This document shows, piece by piece, positions 27,901-34,722 of a DNA stretch of 34,722 nt. The position numbers and the translations under genes are program-made. Numbering within the stretch: position 1 is the first letter of the stretch; every line of letters starts with the position of its first letter. The stretch is from a virus. Its lineage: Duplodnaviria; Heunggongvirae; Uroviricota; Caudoviricetes. The stretch lies in the IMG/VR virus record IMGVR_UViG_3300018050_002226, one strand, 5' to 3'. A model generated the notes under the pieces. That model saw nothing but the letters and a program-made list of their open reading frames with translations. It was not told the DNA's origin and did no database searches.

Positions 27901-30083
27901 CATCATGTATTTTATTTAATTCAAACAAAAAAATGAGATTACTATTTGTTGCCCCGCATTTATCCACAGGTGGAATGCCCGGGTTCCTATTGAAAAAAAT
28001 TCAATTATTAAAGCAGTATTACCCTGAAATTAAAATCTACGTCGTAGAGTATCAGAGTTATGGAGACGCATATGTTGTTCAAAGAAATCAAATTATCGAC
28101 ATTGTTGATAGAGGTAATTTCTGGACTCTCGGTCCCGATAAATCTGAACTTATCCGTATTATTAAAAGCAATGAAATAGATATTGTCCACGTACAAGAAA
28201 TGATAGAAGGATTTGATTCTTTTAATCAAATGCCTCCTGAAATAATGAGTCAACTTTATAGTAATGATAGGACATGGAAAATGGTTGAAACTTGCCATAA
28301 CGTGTGGTTCAACCACGAGGAACACAAGATATTTTATCCTGAGGCCTTTGCATTCTGTACCCCTTATCACAAAGATGTTACATTCAAAAATGTTCCATCA
28401 TATAGTGAAAATATTGAATTCCCAATTGAAAAGAAAATCTTTACAGAGGAAGAACGTATTGCCGCTAGAAGAGAGTTAGGGTTCGGAAAAGACAAAATCC
28501 ATGTGATAAATGTTGGACTTTGGACAAAAGGAAAAAATCAGGGGGAAGGTGTTGAAATTGCCAGACTTCTGAGAAAAACAAACCCCGAAATAGTATTTCA
28601 TTTTATTGGAAACCAAGCGTCCAATTTCAAAGACTATTGGGGACCAATCATGAAAAATCTCCCGATGAACGTGAAAGTTTGGGGTGAACGTGCGGATGTG
28701 GATACTTTTATGAAAGCCGCGGATGTTTTCATGTTTAACTCGACTTGGGAATGTAACCCCCTCGTTCTAAGAGAAGCAATATCCTATGGGTTAAAGGTTT
28801 TATGTAGAAACCTTCCACAATATATGGATATGTTTACTCCATACATCGAACCAATTGATGAGAATATCGAAACAACAAAAGAAAAGTTGTTGTCTCTTAT
28901 CAAAGAAGATGTTAAATACAAAACTCCACAAGGACAAGAAGAAATTTTTGCTTCCAAATATTCTGATTTTTATAAAAAGGTTTTGGACCTTCCTGTAAGA
29001 GAACAATACTTTAAAACAAAATTGTCTGTAACCCAATATTTCATTAATCAACCTTTCATAGAAATAAAAGGAAAAAGTGAAAACAAATTCAAAATTCAGT
29101 TTTTTGATGAAAAAGGGGTTTTACATTATGAAAATCATCTTGCGATTAACAGTTGGGTTAAACTTAATAGACAATATTTCACAAGATGGACCACGAAGGT
29201 TTGGGAAAATGACAATTTAGTTTATGAAAACACTTTAAATTACGAAGGTAAACGTGTTTACATTGCTTTTGACTCGAAATCCTTGGGTGATACAATTTCA
29301 TGGGTTCCTTACGCAGAAGAATTCAGAAAAGTTCATAACTGTGAAGTAGTGGTTTCAACTTTTTGGAATCATCTTTTTGAATCTGTTTACCCCGATTTAA
29401 AGTTTGTACATCCAGGGACTACTGTCAATGGAATTCACGGAATGTATAAACTTGGTTGGTTCTATAATGTAGATATGCAACCCACAAAACCAAACCTTAT
29501 CCCCTTACAACAGACAGCAACCGACATTCTTGGTTTGGAATACAAAGAAATTCAACCAAAAATACATTATGAGATTAAAGAAAGACCATATGCGGAAAAG
29601 TATGTGACAATAGCAACAAACTCTACCGCAGGATGTAAGTTTTGGACAAGAGAAGGTTGGCAAGAAACCATAAATTATCTAACATCACTCGGTTATAAAG
29701 TAGTAAACGTTTCCAAAGAAAATAACCCATTTGAAAACCAAATTAGAATTACCGACACCTCAATGGAGAATACCATGAATGTTATACACCATAGTGAATT
29801 TTTCATAGGATTGTCGAGTGGATTAAGTTGGCTCGCTTGGGGAATGGGTAAACATGTTGTAATGATTAGTAACTTTACAACTCCTGACCACGAATTTCAA
29901 TCCAACTGTACAAGAATAATAAACTTATCAGTTTGTAATGGTTGTTGGAATAAACCCGAATTTACTTTTGATAAAGGGGACTGGGATTGGTGTCCTGTAC
30001 ACAAAGGAACTGAAAGACATTTCGAATGTCATAAATCAATCACATCCGACATGTTAATCAAACAAATACAACATTTATTATGA
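24930..30083 (+). CDS. 1717-aa multi-domain glycan-processing enzyme: FkbM-like MTase, GT25-like, DxD GT-A, polysaccharide pyruvyl transferase, GT4, TibC/Aah-like glycosyltransferase
   Basis: IEIGTSD/KIDTEGYD; INLPERNDRR/IFEDD; YIDSDS/NEET; NWGD/AVRGPLT/GDPGLL/SSSLHG; GGMP/ADVFMFNSTWE.NPLVLREA; SKSLGDT/FIGLSSGLSWLAW/CNGCWN..WCP..FEC. Confidence 0.85.
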   Translation: MKKHFNFIEIGTSDFHTLIEQSTDNTVGLSIEPIEYYLNRLPNKKNVKKINAAVSNENGEIEIYLIEPEDIIKNNLPIWVKGCNSVNKPHEFTRNKLGPDFYDSIVKIKKVPTIDWNTIINENEVKSVGYVKIDTEGYDHVILKNYFEYCEKNPSLYANKIMFEYNESSNKEELEKLIKNLPNYTIERLEEDIVLHKVSGLFYKGKKIADRGCVINLPERNDRRINIEKTLTELNFSGFEFVDGVVMENEEYKKLGCTQAYMNIFQDFLDSDMQNILIFEDDLKLMDGVTEKQLDKIFDNWHESVERYDVLALGIKLLPRSKIYPNSETDGSFKEMLCSQSLFYKRNFIEHYVDQMKNYLDPSHYLYKCTIDMFLNDSTNSQFRFRHGAGHKVFDFGITIPMIFTQTLSYSDNENKIQNYDSIMKDVFWKSLVHQRGYVYLANEKYFDIVQTSARSVREFSKYPIFVYMLNSDKKVNVENTTTIRWDVNLPKSSEPMYNSDGENFYIDRSNSTIYNILIQRINAVKHALENFVQTAVYIDSDSIATPYIDSIFDMYNEETTYPFFVEGIYDWMFLNGRGGAESMDDLSNTLEAPACELFNIDQYVRQKYRQTGYFVAGQKSLDFLEEWYWYCTHPKVLKNTSWYAAYNEETIMNVLTYKHKIFDGLPYIYVNGGPEIVDKMYTEVEFLGEDVRNHLGNWLRAPESKEKILFFHGEKRIDKMEKMIEKIKGYFEYDIKPPKNWGDIISHKVIQHFSGQKIYSSDVFHFDPDARVPFLEGKLLAAGSILMYSLPTDYVWGSGCIKENEVGLPPKKYYAVRGPLTRNELLKVNRECPEVYGDPGLLFPRIYNPDIEKKYKYGVIPHYIDFRHPETLKCLKKLKEMGAKIINITAGLYEFVDQLKEVEFVISSSLHGLIAADAYGIPNSRIYFSNNINGGDFKYMDYYYSVNRHYETPKTITYENAEQLINELVFDLGDTSIADKLLESAPWNDPSCILFNSNKKMRLLFVAPHLSTGGMPGFLLKKIQLLKQYYPEIKIYVVEYQSYGDAYVVQRNQIIDIVDRGNFWTLGPDKSELIRIIKSNEIDIVHVQEMIEGFDSFNQMPPEIMSQLYSNDRTWKMVETCHNVWFNHEEHKIFYPEAFAFCTPYHKDVTFKNVPSYSENIEFPIEKKIFTEEERIAARRELGFGKDKIHVINVGLWTKGKNQGEGVEIARLLRKTNPEIVFHFIGNQASNFKDYWGPIMKNLPMNVKVWGERADVDTFMKAADVFMFNSTWECNPLVLREAISYGLKVLCRNLPQYMDMFTPYIEPIDENIETTKEKLLSLIKEDVKYKTPQGQEEIFASKYSDFYKKVLDLPVREQYFKTKLSVTQYFINQPFIEIKGKSENKFKIQFFDEKGVLHYENHLAINSWVKLNRQYFTRWTTKVWENDNLVYENTLNYEGKRVYIAFDSKSLGDTISWVPYAEEFRKVHNCEVVVSTFWNHLFESVYPDLKFVHPGTTVNGIHGMYKLGWFYNVDMQPTKPNLIPLQQTATDILGLEYKEIQPKIHYEIKERPYAEKYVTIATNSTAGCKFWTREGWQETINYLTSLGYKVVNVSKENNPFENQIRITDTSMENTMNVIHHSEFFIGLSSGLSWLAWGMGKHVVMISNFTTPDHEFQSNCTRIINLSVCNGCWNKPEFTFDKGDWDWCPVHKGTERHFECHKSITSDMLIKQIQHLL

Positions 30084-30751
30084 ATTTAGAAAATTTTATT
30101 TGGGAACCCGAGTGTTATGAGGGTTTTAAACAAACAGTTTACAAAGAAATTTTTGTAGATAATCTGTATGAAAAATACTTTGAGGTTGAACCAGGAGATG
30201 TTGTTTTCGATGTAGGAGCAAGTTTGGGTCCTTTCACTTTCTCTATTTTGAATAAAAATCCCTCTCATGTCTTCGCGTTTGAACCATCTTTAGCTGAATT
30301 CATAACACTAGTTAAGAATACTAACTTTGGTCCTGTTACACAAATTAATAAAGGTATCTCTAATGTTGATGGTGAATTCAATTTTGAATTCGTTTTTGAA
30401 AACCAAGATAATAATAAACTATACTCAACCACATTCAAATCTGTAATTTCAAGTTACAATATTTCGAAAATCGATTTTTTAAAAACTGATTGCGAGGGAG
30501 GTGAATATGATATTTTCAATATTGAAAATTTACTTTGGATAAAATCTAATGTTAGAAAAATTGTAGGAGAATGGCACCTAAGAACACCAGAATTAAAATC
30601 TAAATTTAAAATTTTCAGAGACACTTACCTGAGGATTTTCCCAAATTTCAAAGTAAGGTCTTGGAATGGTTTAAACATAGAAGAAAAATTTTGGACTGAT
30701 GAGTTCATAGATGTTTTTACTGAAATTATAATTTACATAGATAATAGATAA
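30080..30751 (+). CDS. FkbM-family SAM-dependent methyltransferase
   Basis: VVFDVGASLG, VFAFEP, LKTDCEGGEY. Confidence 0.9.
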   Translation: MNLENFIWEPECYEGFKQTVYKEIFVDNLYEKYFEVEPGDVVFDVGASLGPFTFSILNKNPSHVFAFEPSLAEFITLVKNTNFGPVTQINKGISNVDGEFNFEFVFENQDNNKLYSTTFKSVISSYNISKIDFLKTDCEGGEYDIFNIENLLWIKSNVRKIVGEWHLRTPELKSKFKIFRDTYLRIFPNFKVRSWNGLNIEEKFWTDEFIDVFTEIIIYIDNR

Positions 30752-30753
30752 AA

Positions 30754-30779
30754 AAAAGGGAAGTTTTCACTTCCCTTTT
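30754..30779. terminator. Bidirectional hairpin terminator between convergent genes
   Basis: AAAAGGGAAGT-TTTC-ACTTCCCTTTT, between stops at 30751 (+) and 30785 (-). Confidence 0.8.
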
Positions 30780-30784
30780 CAATT

Positions 30785-33700
30785 TTATTTATTCGGTTTG
30801 TACTCTAATAAGACCTTTTCCACATCTTTACGTTCAGCTTGAACCATGAAGTAAGCGTTTATTTCACCTGTCTCAGAGCCAATCACAACTGTGTTCTCTT
30901 CAACTTTCACCACGAAGTGGTCGTTTGACTTTCCGATAGGTGTTAGATGAACTGTTGTTGTTTCAAGGTCTACCAATTCACTCCAATAGTCAGGTAATTC
31001 AATTACTTCACTTGTAGCTTTACCTCTGTGGTAAACTCCGTGTTCAGGACCTTCCAACACACCGTATCTTAATCTATATCCTTCTTTTGTTGGGTGAGGA
31101 ATGTCAAATGACTTGGACGCCGCTGTTAGTGAACCTGTAATCGTAACATCGCCCGTAACTGATAAGGTTGTACCGTCGAATTGTAAATTTGCTTCACCAT
31201 TGATAGTTCCCGCTGTTCCAGTTGCTGTTAGAACGTAGTTGTTTACATTATTGTTAATCGTTCCAAGACCTGAAGTACCTGAGGTTCCTGTAGTTCCTGA
31301 TGAACCAGATGTTCCTGATGAACCTGAAGTACCGGTTGTACCCGAAGTACCTGTTGTTCCTGACGTTCCGCTTGTACCAGTCGTTCCTGATGTTCCGCTA
31401 GTACCTGATGAACCATTAGTTCCGGATGTACCAGAGGTTCCTGTAGTTCCGCTTGTACCAGATGTTCCAGAAGAACCAGAAGTTCCCGTAGTCCCAGATG
31501 TTCCAGAGGTTCCTGTAGTTCCACTAGTACCTGATGAACCATTAGTTCCAGATGTACCAGATGTTCCTGTAGTTCCGCTTGTACCAGATGAACCAGACGT
31601 ACCTGATGAGCCAGAGGTTCCTGTAGTTCCTGATGTACCAGATGTTCCTGTAGTTCCGCTTGTACCAGATGTTCCAGATGAACCTGATGTTCCTGTAGTT
31701 CCAGATGTACCAGAAGTTCCGGATGAACCTGAAGTTCCTGTAGTTCCGCTTGTACCAGATGTTCCAGATGAACCTGACGTTCCTGTTGTACCCGAAGTGC
31801 CAGACGTACCTGATGACCCAGAAGTACCTGTTGTTCCACTCGTACCTGACGTACCTGATGAGCCAGAAGTACCTGTTGTTCCGCTTGTTCCAGACGTTCC
31901 ACTTGAACCTGACGTTCCTGTTGTACCAGATGTGCCTGAGGTTCCTGAAGAACCATTAGTTCCTGACGTACCTGATGTTCCACTTGAACCTGATGTTCCT
32001 GAAGTACCTGTTGTTCCGCTCGTACCTGATGTTCCTGAAGTACCTGTTGTTCCGCTTGTACCAGATGTTCCACTTGAACCTGATGTACCAGTCGTTCCAC
32101 TTGTACCTGACGTTCCACTTGAACCTGAAGTTCCTGATGTTCCACTTGTACCAGACGTTCCACTTGAACCTGATGTACCAGTCGTTCCACTTGTACCTGA
32201 CGTACCTGATGAACCTGATGTTCCTGATGTACCACTTGTCCCTGAGGTTCCAGATGAACCATCTGTACCACTTGTTCCTGAAGAACCTGATGTACCCGTA
32301 GTTCCTGAAGTACCACTTGTACCAGTTGTACCAGAAGTTCCCGATGTACCTGAAGTACCGCTAGTTCCGGTTGTGCCAGATGTACCTGATGTTCCACTTG
32401 AACCTGATGTACCAGTTGTTCCTGAAGTACCTGATGTTCCACTTGAACCTGAAGTACCGCTTGTTCCTGTTGTTCCACTTGTTCCTGAAGAACCTGAAGT
32501 ACCACTTGTACCTGTTGTTCCAGAAGTTCCCGATGTACCAGAAGTTCCAGATGTACCATCAGTACCACTTGTTCCTGATGAACCACTTGTACCAGACGTA
32601 CCACTTGTTCCTGTCGTACCTGAAGTTCCAGATGTACCTGAAGTACCTGTTGTTCCTGAGGTTCCAGATGTGCCTGAGGTACCTGAAGTGCCCGTTGTTC
32701 CAGAGGTTCCTGAAGTGCCCGTTGTTCCAGAGGTTCCTGACGTACCTGAAGTACCTGAAGTACCTGAAGTGCCCGATGTACCATCCGTTCCACTTGTTCC
32801 CGATGAACCACTTGTTCCTGATGTTCCACTAGTTCCTGTAGTTCCAGAAGTACCAGATGTTCCTGACGTACCACTTGTTCCAGTTGTGCCAGATGTACCT
32901 GATGTACCACTTGTTCCTGTTGTGCCTGAAGTACCAGATGTTCCCGAAGTTCCACTTGAACCTGATGTACCGTCAGTTCCACTTGTTCCTGATGAGCCTG
33001 ATGTTCCTGAAGTTCCAGTAGTTCCTGAAGTTCCACTTGTACCTGATGTACCTGTAGTACCTGAAGTTCCTGAGGTACCGCTAGTTCCAGTCGTTCCGGA
33101 TGTTCCTGAAGTTCCACTTGAACCTGATGTTCCGGTTGTACCTGAAGTACCAGATGTTCCCGAAGTTCCACTTGAACCTGATGTACCGTCAGTTCCACTT
33201 GTCCCTGAAGAGCCTGAGGTTCCCGAGGTTCCTGAAGAACCACTGGTACCTGATGTTCCTGTAGTGCCTGAAGTTCCACTTGTACCTGATGTTCCTGTTG
33301 TACCCGATGTACCGCTGGTCCCACTTGTACCTGTTGTACCCGATGTACCGCTGGTCCCACTTGTACCTGTTGTACCCGATGTACCGCTGGTACCACTTGT
33401 TCCAGTTGTACCCGATGTACCGCTGGTACCACTTGTTCCAGTTGTACCTGAAGTACCCGATGTACCTGAAGTTCCGGAAGTTCCATCTGTACCGCTAGTT
33501 CCTGATGAACCTGATGTTCCAGAAGTACCGCTAGTACCTGTAGTACCGGAAGTTCCACTTGTACCTGTTGTACCCGATGTTCCACTAGTACCTGATGTAC
33601 CGCTAGTTCCAGTTGTACCAGAAGTTCCACTTGTGCCAGAGGTACCCGTTGTACCAGATGTTCCTGATGTACCACTTGTTCCTGTTGTACCTGAAGTACC

Positions 33701-34722
33701 CGAAGTTCCACTTGTTCCCGTTGTACCTGAAGTACCCGAAGTTCCACTTGTTCCCGTTGTACCTGAAGTACCCGAAGTTCCACTTGTTCCAGTTGTACCT
33801 GAAGTACCCGAAGTTCCACTTGTTCCAGTTGTTCCTGAAGAACCTGACGTTCCTGAAGTTCCACTTGTACCCGAGGTTCCATCAGTTCCACTTGTACCTG
33901 ATGAACCTGATGTTCCTGAAGTTCCACTTGTACCTGTTGTTCCACTTGTACCTGAAGTTCCGCTTGTACCTGTTGTACCTGAAGTACCACTTGTACCCGT
34001 TGTTCCAGAAGTTCCGCTTGTTCCTGAAGTACCACTTGTTCCCGTTGTACCAGATGTACCACTTGTTCCCGTCGTACCAGAAGTACCACTTGTCCCGGAT
34101 GTTCCACTAGTACCCGTTGTTCCAGAGGTTCCTGACGTACCTGAAGTACCAGTTGTACCTGAAGTGCCACTTGTTCCTGATGTGCCTGAAGTGCCTGAAG
34201 TACCAGTTGTACCTGAAGTACCACTTGAACCGGATGTTCCCGTTGTTCCGCTGGTTCCAGATGTACCTGATGTTCCACTTGTTCCTGAAGTTCCATCAGT
34301 ACCGCTAGTCCCTGATGAACCTGATGTACCTGATGTTCCGCTAGTACCTGTTGTGCCAGATGTACCTGATGTTCCACTAGTACCTGTTGTGCCAGATGTT
34401 CCCGAAGTACCACTAGTACCTGTTGTACCGGATGTTCCTGACGTTCCACTAGTACCCGTCGTACCAGATGTACCACTAGTGCCGGAGGTTCCACTTGTAC
34501 CTGTCGTACCTGATGTACCACTTGAGCCAGAGGTACCTGTTGTTCCACTTGTTCCAGTTGTTCCACTTGTACCTGAAGTACCACTTGTACCTGTTGTGCC
34601 AGATGTGCCTGATGTTCCTGATGTACCACTTGTACCTGTTGTGCCTGATGTGCCAGATGTACCTGATGTTCCCGTTGTACCTGAAGTACCCGAAGTTCCA
34701 CTTGTTCCAGTTGTACCTGAAG
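30785..34722 (-). CDS. Giant Gly-Thr-Ser repeat fibre protein, 5'-truncated (at least 1311 aa visible)
   Basis: Frame from 34720: SGTTGTSGTS... continues without a stop into GLGTINNNVNNYVLTATGTAGTINGEANLQFDGTTLSVTGDVTITGSLTAASKSFDIPHPTKEGYRLRYGVLEGPEHGVYHRG...KPNK*, absorbing the 91-aa ORF 30785-31060. Confidence 0.92.
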   Translation of the reverse strand, partial: SGTTGTSGTSGTSGTTGTSGTSGTSGTTGTSGTSGTSGTSGTTGTSGTSGTSGTTGTSGTTGTSGSSGTSGTTGTSGTSGTSGTSGTTGTSGTSGTSGTTGTSGTSGTSGTTGTSGTSGTSGTTGTSGTSGTSGSSGTSGTDGTSGTSGTSGTSGTSGTTGTSGSSGTSGTTGTSGTSGTSGTSGTSGTTGTSGTSGTSGTTGTSGTSGTSGTSGTTGTSGTSGTTGTSGTSGTSGTSGTTGTSGTSGTTGTSGTSGTSGTTGTSGTSGTSGSSGTSGTDGTSGTSGTSGTSGSSGTTGTSGTSGTSGTTGTSGTSGTSGTTGTSGTSGTSGTTGTSGTSGTSGTTGTSGTSGTSGTTGTSGTSGTSGTTGTSGTSGTSGTSGTTGTSGTSGTTGTSGTSGTSGSSGTSGTDGTSGTSGTSGTSGTTGTSGTSGTSGTTGTSGTSGTSGTTGTSGTSGTSGTTGTSGTSGTSGTTGTSGTSGTSGTTGTSGTSGSSGTSGTSGSSGTSGTDGTSGSSGTSGTSGTSGTTGTSGSSGTSGTSGTTGTSGTSGTSGTTGTSGTSGTSGTTGTSGTSGSSGTSGTDGTSGSSGTSGTSGTSGTTGTSGTSGTSGTTGTSGTSGTSGTSGTTGTSGTSGTSGSSGTSGTDGTSGTSGTSGTSGTSGTSGTTGTSGTSGTTGTSGTSGTSGTSGTTGTSGTSGTSGTTGTSGTSGTSGSSGTSGTDGTSGTSGTSGTSGTTGTSGTSGSSGTSGTTGTSGTSGSSGTSGTSGTTGTSGSSGTSGTSGTTGTSGTSGTSGTSGTTGTSGTSGTTGTSGSSGTSGTDGSSGTSGTSGTSGTSGSSGTSGTSGTTGTSGSSGTSGTSGTSGTSGSSGTSGTSGTTGTSGSSGTSGTSGTTGTSGTSGTSGTTGTSGTSGSSGTSGTSGTNGSSGTSGTSGTTGTSGSSGTSGTSGTTGTSGSSGTSGTSGTTGTSGSSGTSGTSGTTGTSGSSGTSGTSGTTGTSGSSGTSGTSGTTGTSGSSGTSGTSGTTGTSGTSGTTGTSGSSGTSGSSGTSGTTGTSGTSGTNGSSGTSGTTGTSGTSGTTGTSGSSGTSGTSGTTGTSGTSGTNGSSGTSGTSGTTGTSGTSGTTGTSGTTGTSGSSGTSGSSGTTGTSGTSGLGTINNNVNNYVLTATGTAGTINGEANLQFDGTTLSVTGDVTITGSLTAASKSFDIPHPTKEGYRLRYGVLEGPEHGVYHRGKATSEVIELPDYWSELVDLETTTVHLTPIGKSNDHFVVKVEENTVVIGSETGEINAYFMVQAERKDVEKVLLEYKPNK
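31271..34717 (-). repeat. 383 consecutive Gly-X-Y triplets (X=T/S; Y=S/T, rarely D/N)
   Basis: 3447 nt = 383 x 9; GGN-ACN-TCN/AGY/ACN pattern with synonymous variation and local 36-nt exact repeats. Confidence 0.92.

Noticed and set aside
30785-31060. 91-aa ORF as a separate gene
   Set aside because: In frame with the upstream repeat and not separated by a stop; its start codon is internal.
31415-31957. N-G-S sequons as evidence of N-glycosylation
   Set aside because: Any Asn at the Y position is automatically followed by G-S/T in this repeat, so the sequon is uninformative.
31750-34308. Plus-strand M/Y/F/L/H/Q-rich ORFs
   Set aside because: Antisense shadows of the GTS repeat.
31243-34701. 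1152-aa Q/V/L/E/H-rich ORF in the track
   Set aside because: It is the shifted-frame shadow of GGN-ACN-TCN/AGY codons, which cannot form stops in that frame; it ends where the repeat ends. The GTS frame continues into a real-looking domain.
31271-34717. CRISPR array or satellite DNA
   Set aside because: 9-nt periodicity with third-position variation and no repeat/spacer alternation: it is coding sequence.
1-34722. Stop-codon reassignment (seen in some large phages)
   Set aside because: Genes are full length under code 11, and TGA (197) and TAG (16047) both end genes at plausible positions.
1-34722. tRNA, rRNA, introns, inteins, IS elements
   Set aside because: Intergenic gaps are tiny and no cloverleaf, intein terminal motifs, or transposase/integrase motifs were seen by eye; tRNAscan and Infernal were not run.

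Overview
The window looks like part of a large, AT-rich tailed-phage genome, probably infecting a Bacteroidota host (inference from a Bacteroidota-type sigma70, TAnnTTTG promoter boxes, SprB-like repeats and a DUF6576-like tail). Left (minus strand): a possible lysis cluster, sigma factor, UV-repair glycosylase, Dam-family methylase plus PD-(D/E)xK nuclease, and replication/recombination genes (SbcC, SbcD, exonuclease, primase, RuvC). Middle (minus): large virion-type proteins made of Cys-rich modules joined by Thr/Pro mucin-like linkers. Right: a plus-strand glycosylation cassette (GT9, a 1717-aa multi-domain enzyme ending in a TibC/Aah-like protein O-glycosyltransferase domain, an FkbM methylase) facing a giant minus-strand gene the ORF track misread. 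Its true frame encodes 383 uninterrupted Gly-Thr/Ser-Ser/Thr triplets plus a fibre-type C-terminal domain. Main hypothesis: a phage-encoded system that O-glycosylates its own Ser/Thr-rich fibres. Other signals: no GATC seen in 34.7 kb, a DQPY variant catalytic motif in the methylase, and promoter-like 8-mers 4-5 nt from ATG. All family calls are from motif recognition by eye; no database searches were run.
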